Part shown: piece after piece, positions 1 through 11,668 of the stretch
Position numbering within the stretch: the first letter of the stretch is position 1
Layout: the number at the start of each line of letters is the position of its first letter
Origin: Balamuthia mandrillaris
Taxonomy: Eukaryota
Direction: 5' to 3'
DNA length: 64,000 bases
Assembly (NCBI GenBank): GCA_031835245.2
Contig: JAVKOQ020000075.1
Span: 124,001 to 188,000 of the forward strand
Program-made: the position numbers and the translations under genes
The notes under the pieces: generated by a model
What the model was told of the DNA's origin: nothing
Seen by the model: the letters and a program-made list of their open reading frames with translations, nothing else
The model's database searches: none

Positions 1-10
1 AGCTTCCACG

Positions 11-514
11 ATGATGGGTGCCACACTGGCTCTCTTTGCAGAGACGCCAGCCGAGTTCATTGCAGTAGGAAACGGGACGGTGCTGCTAGGCATGGCCTCC
101 TACTTGCTCTGGCGCAGTCGTTGGGAGAATCTCGCCTACAAGTTGCTGGTATGGCAGAACGGCGTTCGAGACAAGTGCGAGGAGAGCTACCGGGACTTCT
201 TCTTGGGAGAGCTTGGAAGAAGCGTGAGAGAGTTAGGCAGGCGCATCGAGCAGCAGGAAAGCAGGCTCAAAGAAGAGAGGAATGCTATCGACCAACAAAG
301 CCTGCAGCTGGAGCAGCTCGGCAGCGAGATGCGAAGCTTAGACCAGGAGCTGCTTGCATTTGCTACTGAGTACAAGAAAAGCGAGGGAAGCGTTGCACAT
401 TCAAAAGGAGGCATACAACACAAACCAAAAGACACCATCATGGCAGAACAAGACAAAGTCAAACAACAGCAAAATCAGGATGAAGGCGTATACGAGACTG
501 ACAAGTCAAAGTGA
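11..514 (+). CDS. Hypothetical protein with a hydrophobic segment followed by a coiled coil; may be the last exon of a gene starting upstream of the window
   Basis: 167-aa ORF with FIAVGNGTVLLGMASYLLW followed by heptad-rich ELGRRIEQQESRLKEERNAIDQQSLQLEQL. Confidence 0.5.
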   Translation: MMGATLALFAETPAEFIAVGNGTVLLGMASYLLWRSRWENLAYKLLVWQNGVRDKCEESYRDFFLGELGRSVRELGRRIEQQESRLKEERNAIDQQSLQLEQLGSEMRSLDQELLAFATEYKKSEGSVAHSKGGIQHKPKDTIMAEQDKVKQQQNQDEGVYETDKSK

Positions 515-576
515 AGATAAATACCACCACCATTGAAGGTGATGTATATACATAACGCCATGTTTAGCCTCTCCTT

Positions 577-1974
577 TTATGGCTCCTCTCGAGTGACTGA
601 TGCTTCTCCTTCCAGTTCTTCTTCTGTTCTTCTTTGTTCACTCTCGTCTAATTTTTTCGACTCCTCCGTAAGCTTTTTCTTTCCACAAAACGCAACACCG
701 TAGCGGCGGGCAAGTTCCTCGAAGCAATTGCCAGGTAAAGCGTCTGTGCTGTCTAAGAACTCGTTTCCGACCTTGCTTATTACAGCGAAGAGATCCCCTA
801 CAATAGCAACCGTCATAATTATAGCAAACATAAAAGGAAGAAAGATGGGCAGAAACGACAAGAAACAAATTGAGAAATGAAAGAGAGAGAGAGAGAGAGA
901 GAGAACCAAGGGAAACATGATGTTCCGCAGTGATGTCGCAGAACTGAGCAATAAGTAGGTGTAAAGGAGTTCCTTGATACTTTTCCTTGAAGGTAAAGTA
1001 GTATATTTCTCTTCCGGCCTGAGAAGCGGCCATCACCTGTTGAAAAAACTTCAAGGCTTTGTCTCCTCCAAAAGCTTTTTGTTTAAATAGATGCAACACA
1101 AAGACCACCATCAGCAAGCAAGCGAAACAAGCGTCGCAACCACGACAATCACACCAGTAACAACAACAACAGCATCCACAAAGACAAACCTCCACAACCC
1201 CAGTTGCCAGTGGCAAACGGCATCAAGGTATCCCGCTCCGCGTCTGCAGGGGAAGGAAGGCAACCACAATAGGCTTTGTTGAGGTCGCGAAGCATAAAGT
1301 GCTCTTGCCATTGCCCTCTTCCTCTGGCCACAACAGCATCCATGGCAATGATCGGACAGCCTTTGTGCCCACGCGAGTCTCTGAACAGGCAACACGAGGT
1401 TAATGTTTTTCTTTACACCTTTGAGGAAGGGCAGATATCAAATAGCGTACGTTGGCGAGAGGTCTCTGAAATCACTGTGAAAGGCAAGGCTGTGGGCATA
1501 ACCTGAACACGTTGAATAACGCTCAGCACCTTCCAAAAGAATTGTTTCATTCTCATCCATACGGGCGCAAACAAGCCTGTTGTCATTTGGTTTGTTAGAG
1601 CTGACACCACACTCCCGTGCTACACGTACATTGATGGTAAACACTCTGGCTTTATAGCAAAAAGGATCTCTTCCTGAACAGCCCCCTATTCACTATAGCC
1701 TCAATCACAACAAACTAGACAAAAACAAGAAAGCGAGAAGGTAACGTACTCCTCTAAGCACACCACCACCAATGTACTGATTCGCAAAGTCTGCGTGAAG
1801 CGAGTCAGCACAATCCTCTATAAAGCCTTCTATATGGCAGGTCACCTTCTGCACCAATTTATCGCTATAAGGCCAATCCGGTTTGCTATCCTTCTGCAAA
1901 GCTCTTCTAGTGTAACTGACTGTGCCTAACGGTACTGTGGCGCAAGACATTAGCTTAGTGATTCAACTTCGCAA

Positions 1975-2014
<40 letters not shown>

Positions 2015-2818
2015 GAGAATGGAGAGGCTTACTTCCATCTTCGCAAAGTCTATCAAAATAGTGGATGATGCATTGAAGTATAGCCGCAGATGCATCACCA
2101 GAGTAAGCATAAAGGCTGTCCAACGCAAAGTCAGGAAAAGCGTGCGAAGAATACCAGGAGGGTTGCGCCCAGAGCGTGCACATGAACGAAGAAGCCATCA
2201 AACATGCTATTTGCTCCTAATGATGATGAAGTACGGGCAGGAAGAGAGGGCTTCAGCTTCTCTTCTAAAGGTTAGAGCTTGCAGTGAGGAAGGTTTACTT
2301 TCGTGAAAGAAACAGAGGCCTCCACTTGAGGAAGCAGCAATGGTATGGCTTTCGGCGACGGAAAGAGCTCTGGGAGCCGTAAAGCCATGCTCTGGATGAA
2401 CGGTAAAGTCCTTCGGAAGAAGCGTTCTCTGCGCTCGTGTTTCTCATCATCTGCTGCCGCTTCTGGCTGGATCCCATAGTGGTCTTCGAAAAAGCGGCAC
2501 TTCACCTCCGCTCCGTTCTTGATGTCGCAAAACGCTGAAGAAGGAGTGGTTTCAGAGTTGAAGGTGTGCATGAGAGCAACATTTTCACCGACCTTGCTTC
2601 AGCTCTGCGGGGCAAGTGATTTCTCTCTTTAACACAGAAACCATTGCCTGCCAGTTGGGCGGCCGCCTTTGGCCAACCGCCCCTTCCACTGCCTCTTGCG
2701 GCTGTGGCTCTTCGACGTGCTCCACATGGCAAGGCAGCACCACAAAGTGAGCGCCACCATACCTGTGCCATTCCGCCTCGCTCAGCAGGGGCGTGCTTCT
2801 GCCCAGCCGGTTCCCCAT
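577..2818 (-). CDS. PARG: Poly(ADP-ribose) glycohydrolase (canonical macrodomain-type PARG), multi-exon
   Basis: Spliced exons give LHADFANQYIGGGVLRG|GAVQEEILFAIKPE (GGG-x-QEE catalytic signature), GAERYSTCSGY, AMDA, RDLNKAYCG, FATGNWGCG, AFGGDKALKFFQQVMAASQAGR; GT-AG introns where checked. Confidence 0.93.
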
Positions 2819-2887
2819 TTTGGTTCGCTTTCTTCTTCCAATATTTATTATTTCAGTTTTAATTCCTCAGAGAAGAAAGAAACGGGG

Positions 2888-4150
2888 ATGGCAGAGAGGG
2901 AGGACGCTACGGCCAGCTCCGCGTTTTCCGCGGATAAGGTTGTTGGTTGTTTGCTGGGAAGCATGGTTGGGGATGCGCTGGGCGCGCCCTTGCAAGGGCT
3001 TTCCAAGGAACAGATCCTTGAAAAAGGTGGAGGGGAGCCGGTGCAAGACTTGTTGCCTGGGCCGCACGCCTTGATTGAATATCTTGGCGACCGGCAAGGT
3101 AACTCCCTCCTTTCTGTTCTTGTTGTCCCTGTTTTTTAACACCAAACAGGCATGTACACGGATGACACGGAAGCCCTGTTATCTCTTGCCGCAAGCCTTG
3201 TCAAGCGTGGTGGGCTCAGTGCTGCTCATGCAAGTAAGACTGCCATATTTCTATTTCATCTGAAGTGTCCTTCTCACAATGAACTGCACCCACAGCAAAA
3301 TCGTATGTGAAGTTTTGGGGAGGAGAGCCAAAACGAGGCTACCCTCCATCAGAAGAAAGTATATTGGTTGCCTTAGCATTTGGTGCCCCACATACAACTA
3401 CTGCCACTCGTGTGTTCCCTGATGGCTCTCGCACTGTTTCTGGCGCTGTTAGGTTCGAATTATTTTTAAAAATACTTGTTGAAGAATCATACTAAAATAA
3501 TGTTTTTATAAATATATGAAATATGAAACAGGATTCCTTCTATTGGAATTGCTTTTCGTTATGCAGACAATCAAATGTTGTGGAATGCAGTAAAAACTGC
3601 TTTATTGTGTTCTCATACACATTTTGAAGGTCTTGATGCTGCTTTTGTATTAGCAAAAGCTATTGCCCTGTTAGTGCAAGCTTCTATAAATAATTTTAAT
3701 ATTAAAGAATTCATTGAAGAATTATGGAACTGTTCCAAAACCGATACTATGAAAATACTTTTAAAATTTATACTTGATGAAAAAAAGTATACTATCAAAG
3801 AAGAACAAAAAGAAGATATTATAGGCATAGATATAGTAGCATTTTCAATACAAGTATTTTATCAACTGTGGAAACAACCTATTGATTGTATAATTTTTGC
3901 AGTAAATAATTGGAATACTTACTCAGGTATGTTTTTTGTTTTTATTAATAGAAATAATAATTAACACATTTGATTTAAAGATACAATTGGATGTATAGTG
4001 GGTGCTATGCTTGGAGCATTACATGGTAGTTCTTGGTTACCTGAAAAATGGCTTATTTTGTTAGAAAATGGACCCACAGGAAAAGATTATGTTATTTCTC
4101 TTGCCAATAATTTAGCTAAGTTGAATTTAAATAATATTATTGAAATTTAA
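2888..4150 (+). CDS. ADP-ribosylglycohydrolase (ARH/DraG family), 5 exons
   Basis: GCLLGSMVGDALGAP, MYTDDT, CSHTH and DTIGCIVGAMLGALHGSSWLPEKWL motifs; reading frame is conserved across four GT-AG introns; stop TAA at 4148-4150. Confidence 0.9.
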
Positions 4151-5360
4151 TATATTTAAAATTCTGCTTTTGGTATACTCTTCCATAATACTTATTCCTT
4201 CCTCTTTGTTATATTCCTTTTTTTCATTCTATTAAAGTCTTTTCTTTTTGTTCATTGAGTTAGTGTTTATTGGACTATTCCCTCACTAGCCCTATTAAAC
4301 TTATAATATGGCTAAAGAGAAATAGCAAGGGAAAAAAGAACAGCAAAAATAATCCCTGTGCTTCTCTGCTACTTTTAGCAGGGAAATTTAGTGTCAACAA
4401 GGACCACTGTCCAACCAAACCATTGTGTATTGATTATATATTTGCTGAAAGCTAGTTTATTTTAAAGAAAAATTAAAAAAAAAAGAAAAATTTAATTTAA
4501 TGCTATATTACAACTCTTTTTATTTTGTTAATGAAATAGACATTGTATAATAAATTACTTAAAAGTAAGAATTCTGTTTTAATGTTTTAAATTGAGTTAT
4601 TTTATTTTTATTTTATAACAAAAAGTATTTTCTGAATTTTGTTTTTCACTTTTTCATAATACTTATTCATTTATTTCTTTGTATAAAAATTACATTAAAG
4701 TATTAGAAAAAAGACTTATAAAAGAAGTTTTATACTATTCTCCTAAAATACTATACCTATCCCTATCTTTCCTTGTATATATATCACTTTCTTTCTTTTT
4801 ATTAAAGGTCTTTTCCCTATGTCTATTGAGTTGGTATTCATTAGGTTGTTTCCCTGCTGGTCTTATCACACAGAAAGAAAAGTATCAACATAAAAGAAAA
4901 GAAAAAAAAAGGAATCATAAAGAAAGGAAAAAGTTAAAAGGTGATAAGTAAAGGTAAAATGAATCTATTTTGCTAGAGTATTTCACATACATATATAAGC
5001 AAATCAGCAATGATTAGTATAAGAAGATATAGAAACTACTGAGACGAAAAAGATATAAGAACAAAAAAAGGAGTAAAATGAGCCACAAACCTTTCATAGT
5101 GATAGTTCATCACTTCATTTAATTTTATGATTTTGGTAAAATCACTAATAATTATCTCATCTTTTTCTTTTTCTTTTCTACTTTCCCTCAGGTACTCTAA
5201 AGCAACAACAGAGATCCCTTCCCATTGTCTTTTTTTTTCTTCTGAACAGAAGCTATGCTAGGACTTGACGAATATTTAAGTTTAAGAAGGAAAGGAATTC
5301 ATTATTACTAAGTTGTCTTTCATTCTTTCTTTCAGAATCTGCTCCTTTTAATAATTTTGT
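3450..5360. other. AT-rich, CpG-poor compositional island
   Basis: Hand counts: 37/60 G+C at 2941-3000, 15/60 at 3721-3780, 11/60 at 4501-4560. Boundaries are approximate. Confidence 0.8.
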
Positions 5361-5582
5361 CCCTTTCTTTGCTAAGTTGAACTTTACCAACATGGCCCAT
5401 GCAATTGTGCAAGCTTCACTGTTCAGGAGCTTGCAAACTTTTTTACTTTGTTTTATTCTTGTTTTTTTTCCACCTCCTGTGCAGCATTTCTCCAGCAGTT
5501 GACTTATACAGCCAAAAAACCAGTACCCTCGTGACGTCGTGGCAAGAAGAAGCAAAGAAAAAAGAAGGAAGAGAGCAAGAAG

Positions 5583-6076
5583 ATGGAGAGGAACAGCAAG
5601 CGCGCCCACAAAAAAAGGGGAACGAAGCGAGGGCACAAGCGAAAGAATTCGGAAAAACGTGAGGCGGAGGAAGAGAAAAACCAATGGGGTGAACAGCCAA
5701 GTGACGCTCTAGAATTTGAAGAATCGGAAATGCCCGGCAGTGAAGAGCCGCAAACCACCTACCTCAAGACCGAGGAGCTCGATGACATGCTACAAAGCGT
5801 AAAGCAGGGTCGCGGCAAAACCAAGAAAAGGAAACTGAACGACGAACCAGAACAGACTGGCGACAGCGAGGACACACCAACTTCGAGTGCTTTGGAAAAA
5901 ACAGGCTTGCCTCCGGGCTTCAAGAAGAGACCTTCCGACATCAAGAACAAAGTAAAACGGGCTGAGGTTTATCGTAAGGTTCTGCACGAAAAGAAAAAAC
6001 TAAAACGAAAGGAACGCAAGCAAAAGCAAAAGCAACGAGAGCTTCTCGGCGAAGATGTAAGTCATCTTCCTCATCG

Positions 6077-6115
<39 letters not shown>

Positions 6116-7273
6116 CTAGCTCTCTAGCTCTCCTCTCTCTTATAATTTATCTTTCATCCAAATGCAGGCTCCACCGAAACAAGAACCTAAGACGCAAGAT
6201 AACACTAGAGAGTTCGATGAAACGATTGTGCGACCTGAAGACCAAGAGGTCCTCGAAGACGAGGCAATAGACGAGTTTGCTGAACATTTTAATGGCGCTA
6301 AAGAACCTAAGATTTTGATCACAACCTCCATCAAACCCTCTGCAGTACGTCTCTTCTTCCACGCTCGTTTTGTTTTGTTTTTGATGGTGGAAGTTAACCT
6401 GGTATGTACAGTCCATTTACAAGTTCATCAAGGAAGACCTCATGACGGTACTTCCTGAAGCACACTTCTATAAGCGGGGTATCTTCGTCTGCTCTTCACT
6501 ATTGTTGACAAGCCCATTAGGATTGCTAACCTCTTCTTTACCCAAAAGGAACCTACGAAATAAAGCAAATTGTCGAATTTGCCAAGCGCAGAGACTTCAC
6601 GGATTTGATTGTCATAAATGAGAACTCAAAAAAAATGAGTACGTAACGACCTTGCTCTAGGAGTGTCCAACCTTTATAATCTGACTCTATGGTGTGCCTT
6701 CCGCATAAGACGCGTTGTTGCTGGTGCACCTGCCAGAGGGACCCACTGCTTTGTTTAAACTGACCAGCGTGGTCCCACGAAGGAAGATCAGTGGTCATGC
6801 TCGGCCAGGTGACCATAAGCCCGAACTTATTCTGAACAACTTCAACACCCGCTTGGGCCACACTGTAGGACGCATGTTAGGTTCTCTCTTCCCCTCTACT
6901 CCTGACTTTAAGGGCCGCTCTGTAGCTACATTCCACAATCAGCGAGACTTTATATTCTTCCGTTTCCACAGGTTTGTGCCCTGCTTTTTCTGTTTTCGAG
7001 ACTCCTTCTGACTGTTGTGATGAAGATATATCTACCAAGGTGAGAAAAAAGTGAGATTGCAGGAAATTGGGCCTCGTTTTACTCTCAAACTTCGCAGTCT
7101 GCAGCATGGAACGTTTGATCCAGTCTTTGGCAAGTTTGAGTGGGTCTACAAGGTATGTTCTATTAATTTTCGTAGCGGCAGACTCGCAAGCTTATCTTGC
7201 CTTGCTCTCCTTTTCCTTCAAAAAACAAATACAGAAAGAATTGGAGACAAGCCGCCGCCGCTTCTTCTTGTGA
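5583..7273 (+). CDS. RPF1: Ribosome production factor 1 (Brix/Imp4 family)
   Basis: [94 protein letters not shown]-terminal SRRRFFL. Confidence 0.93.
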
Positions 7274-7387
7274 GCCGGATATCCCACATCCTGATTCTCA
7301 AATAAAGTGCTGTGCAAGGCCCACTTCTTTCAGTAAATATTTATGGGAAGTAATGTTTATGAGGTTTAAACAAGGAATAAAATATTG

Positions 7388-8997
7388 TCAAGAAAGAGCC
7401 TCGAACATGCACCAATCACGATCACTAGTGACGCATTGAACAGTGGCGTTAGGGAGGTTTTGTTTCATGATGTAGACAGCATTGCTGGAAACGTTTGGCA
7501 GACCGAATATCTTGATCGAGTCGATGAAGTAGCAGCCCTTCCAGAGGTACTCCATTGCCAAGTCCGTCAGTCGAGGGCACCAGCTTAGGTCGATCGTGTG
7601 GAGGAGGGCCCAATTCGTAGCCACTTTTTTAATGGAGGCATCGCTGATAAGGCAACACCGGCTAAGGTTCACATTCAATAGCTTGCTGCAACCTTTTGTC
7701 AGGTGCCAGATGCACTCGTCCGTCACTGATGTGCAGCCCGAGAGGTTGATAGTGGTCAGAAGCTGGCAATTCTCCCCCACCAACCGGAATATGTCTTCCT
7801 TTAAGGCTGTGCAGCCGTTTAGGTGAAGTACCCGCAAGCTGTTGCTAACGAAAAGCTTGCTGCTGAGGTTGCAATAAGAAACGTCCAGTTCCTCTAACTG
7901 GGGAAATCGTGCCAATCCGTTTGTATCTTTGGCGCTTTCAAAGGCAGCATCTGTGGCAAGAATGAGAGAGAGAGAAAAGGAGAACCGCAGCAACAATGGA
8001 GCCAAAGAATAAAACAGTAAGCATGGATGGTTGTGAAGAGGGAGAGAAGTGGAGATACCTGTAAGGCGCTTGCAGTTACTAAGATTTAGGTGCCTAAGGG
8101 AAGGGCAATTAATATTCTGTACAGAGTCGGCCAAGATCTTCGAGCAGCCTCCCAAGTTGAGCAGCTTCAATCGTGAGGAAGTCAGCTCTATACTCTCTAT
8201 TCTTGCACAACCTTTTAATTCCAAAAACTCCAACTGTTTACATCCTTCTCCAAGCTCCTTTATACCCTTCCCTATGTCATTGTTGATCAGATGATGTTAC
8301 GACACAAAGAGAAAAGAGAAGAAAGAAGAAAGAAGAAGCAAACCTGTAAAAAACCGAACGTTGCTGCAATTAAGAAAGCGAAGGTGCTTGCAGTTCTTTG
8401 CCAGATGAAACAAAGTTCGATCGGTGAGTTTGTTGCACCATGACAAGTCTAGTTCCACCAACTGAGTACACACCTGCAGCACAACAAACAAACAAATGCG
8501 TTAATACACTATAAGCAAATGCAAAAGATGCACGCACTTGAGTGATTTGCTGTATACCAGAGTCGCTGATCTTTTTGTTGAAACTCAGGTTTAACGTTTG
8601 TAACGTGGGAGAGCTTTTAGCAACTTCGAGCATGCCTACATCGTTGATGACAAGGCAGCCTCGCAGGGAGAGCACCCTGAGGTTGCTGCATGACTTTGCT
8701 ATCCGCCCTATGTTCACGTCCTGACATCCACTTTTGGAGTTTGTTAACATAAGAGCAATCATCTTTTAAATAAACGAACCTTATGTCCAACCTCCGCAGG
8801 TTGGAATGAAGAAATGGGAGCAAAGTGTGGTCGTTAAGCTGCTTGCCCTCGATCAGCAGTTGGAGAAGACGCAAGGTGAGCTCATCAGGTAGCACAATCT
8901 TGGAGAACTTGTTGAGGTTGTAGGCCACATATTTGAGGCACAGTTCAATGAGGCTCTTTGGCCTTGGCAAACGTCTATGCAAACAAGAGCTGGTCAT
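7388..8997 (-). CDS. Leucine-rich repeat protein (FBXL/AMN1-like cysteine-containing LRRs)
   Basis: N-terminal PKSLIELCLKYVA..LPDEL box followed by repeated LxxLxLxxCxxITD units over several exons. Confidence 0.85.
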
Positions 8998-9133
8998 CTG
9001 CACTCGGAGTTTTCTTTCCTTCTTCTTAGGCACCTCTCCTCAACCAAAAAAAAAAGCTTCTTTCTTTTTGACACTGTGGTTCTTTCTTTCACTCTTTGTC
9101 ACTCTGACAAAAAAAAAAGCCCAAGTCTTTAAA

Positions 9134-9176
<43 letters not shown>

Positions 9177-9314
9177 CTTGTGTGTGTAGGTTTTTTTTTT
9201 CAAAAAAAAAGTAGCAGACCCTCCCTAGACTCCTTCTACTGCCCCGCTGCTGCGGCTTTGCTTGTTACCTATTGATCCATGCGCGCATGTAAATAAATAA
9301 ATAAATAAAGGGCC

Positions 9315-9535
9315 AAAAAGGAAACTCCACGGCCGACTGACCCCTCATATGGAGAACATTGTGGCTTCTCCGCCGGTGCGTTTGTTTACGCTGTTGATGG
9401 AGTGAGACATTTGCCCTCTACGTGGCTAGCTCGCTGAGATGAGTCTCTAGCGCTAGTGCCTTATTAAGAGGCCCCCTGGGGGTTTTAGCCCTTTTAAGGA
9501 ACAAGAAGGGTCGTCTGGGGAAAAAGAGTTCTCCG
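9315..9535 (-). ncRNA. Candidate structured non-coding RNA, family unassigned; strand tentative
   Basis: Intergenic segment with terminal helices (GGAGAACUC/GAGUUUCC and GACGACCCUUC/GAGGGGUCAGUC on the minus strand), internal hairpins and a T5 run just after the 3' stem. Confidence 0.35.
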
Positions 9536-9597
9536 ATTATTTTTTTAAAAAAATATTGGCAGTGGTTCCTACGGGCAGCTAAACAAAGTGTACCCAA

Positions 9598-9765
9598 TCA
9601 GTCGGAGAATGAGTGCAAATCGCTCTTGGGGCAGGTGGATTGCTTGCTAGTGGAAAAGCAGCACGACCAGTGCTGATAACCGATCTTCTTGTTCAGACCA
9701 AAGCCACATTTCAGCACACTGCAATCACCAAACTTGTTGATGCCAGAAACAGCCATGAGAAGAGG

Positions 9766-9811
<46 letters not shown>

Positions 9812-11273
9812 ACAAACTGTGGCATGCCACTTGCCGGTATGAGCACAATCTCCCTTCACATTCCATTCTTGTATCAACAGCTTGTTACAATTTGTACATT
9901 GTGATCTCTTAGCTCCACCCTCTGGCAACACCTCCTCCTCAGATGGCCTTATGCAAGAGAATTACTTAGATGAGCTAGAATTTACTGTAGCCACAGAGAG
10001 AGAGAGAGAGAGAGAGAGAGGAGATGATGTACATGAAGCCCACAGCGGCGTCCTCTTGTGGTAAACGTGTGTGAAAACTGCCGGTACAAGGACACATAAA
10101 CGTTCCTGATAAAGTACAGCCATTTAAAATGGGAAAGCGGGACATCATCGCCCACATGTTCTCCTCTGTCTTGCGCTGCATTAGCGATAGCAAAGTCTGT
10201 GCTAACTGTCTTCGCCTGCTCTCAATCAGAAAAGGCAAAATATCAATAACAGGTTTTGAATGAGAGAGAGAGAGAGAGAGAGAGAGAGTTAAGGGAAAGA
10301 CCTTAGAGAATAGAGGATGGTGTTTTCGTCCTCTGTTTCGGAAGAGAACCACTCCTCATTGGTCTGTACACAGGGTCCGTGTTCTTCCATCGTCCATCGC
10401 TGGTCCTCCGTATCGCGACGCCTTGTCAATACAACACCTTCATCCGTCTGCAACAAAAACATAAAAAGAAGGGGAAGATATTCAGTAGGTTGGCAAGCAG
10501 GTAGAGGCAGCATTAACAAGGACACGTAAATACCTTAGTTCCTGCGACTGAAAAGTAAACAGGAGCGATGAGCTTAGATGCTGAGAGGTACCCCACCGCT
10601 TTGTGGAAGTTGCTCGTACTTTCCAGCACTTCCCTCACCAAAAAGCCAATCGGCCATGAGTAGGTCATCGCTTTCTTGAAGTTGAGCAGGTATCCCTCCC
10701 CTGTCACCCTGAAGTTAACAGAGACAGAATACCCGTTGGGCCTCATTCCTGTGATGAAACATAAGGTTTGTTAAGATGCTGTAGAAGCAACAGCACGATG
10801 AGAACAAGATGAGCCAAACCCGTAAGAACACCAACATAGCCAGCCCAGCTGGTGGCCATAAACAGAGTATGGCCGCCCTTCTTGAATTCTAGCTCAAGGG
10901 TGAGTGGCTTCAAGTAGTCCATTCCCCAATCCATGGTGCGTATGTGAATAGGCACGCCGTTGTCGTCGTTGACGATGACGGAGGTGCAGGCCGCTGCCGC
11001 CTCGTATACCAGCTGCATCAAGACCAAAAGGCCCAAGGGCAGTTCGCAGGCCTGCGCCAAACCTTTAAGCTCCTTGCCATAGTAGACAGCACCGGCCTTG
11101 GCAGCGGCTCCAAGCACCAACCCAGCCAGTTTTTCCAGCAGGGAGGCCTTCTTCTTCCCACCAAGCATTTCTGCTATTTCCTCCTCCAAGATCTGTCGCA
11201 GACCTATTTGTTTGAAGGTGTATTTCGGTTGAGAAACAATGAAAGACCAACGAAGGAGGAGAGGGAGAGGGAG

Positions 11274-11318
<45 letters not shown>

Positions 11319-11668
11319 AACCAGAAATGTTCCAGCCACGAACCTTTAAAGTCGGATTTGTAATGGTGGGCGATCTCGTTCCAGCGCTGTGCGGGGGGGA
11401 GGTCGAGGTCCACCACAAAGCGTGGCACGGTGGTTATAGAAGGCCCTCCGCTCGAGGAGGCCCCCTCTCCCTCCTTCTCTTTGACTTTCTCCCTGCTGTG
11501 CCGTTTCAGCCGGCTGAACAGCGCATGTTCGTCGCTGTCGCGTATGTCCAACGCATCCTCAAACCTCTCCGACCCCTCCGACCCCTCCGACTCTTCATAA
11601 TCCTCCGATGAGAGGCATTGTTGCTTGCTCCACAAGTCTCTTTCCTCCAGCCACTTGTCTCCCTCCAT
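9598..11668 (-). CDS. Acid ceramidase/NAAA-like Ntn-hydrolase with a C-terminal Cys/His zinc-finger-like module
   Basis: VVDLDLPPAQRW, catalytic CTSV, HIRTMDW, SWAGYVGVLTGMRPNGYSVSVNFR, LIAPVYF, EGVVLTR, VQTN; last exons encode CTNC..CAHTGKWH..HWSCC..C..H. Confidence 0.88.

Noticed and set aside
4270..5400. Short ORFs in the AT-rich island
   Set aside because: Low-complexity Lys/Phe-rich translations with no recognisable motif.
9472..9492. CUAAAACCC on the minus strand as a telomerase RNA template
   Set aside because: Only ~1.1 repeats of a TTTTAGGG-type unit, and the organism's telomere repeat is unknown.
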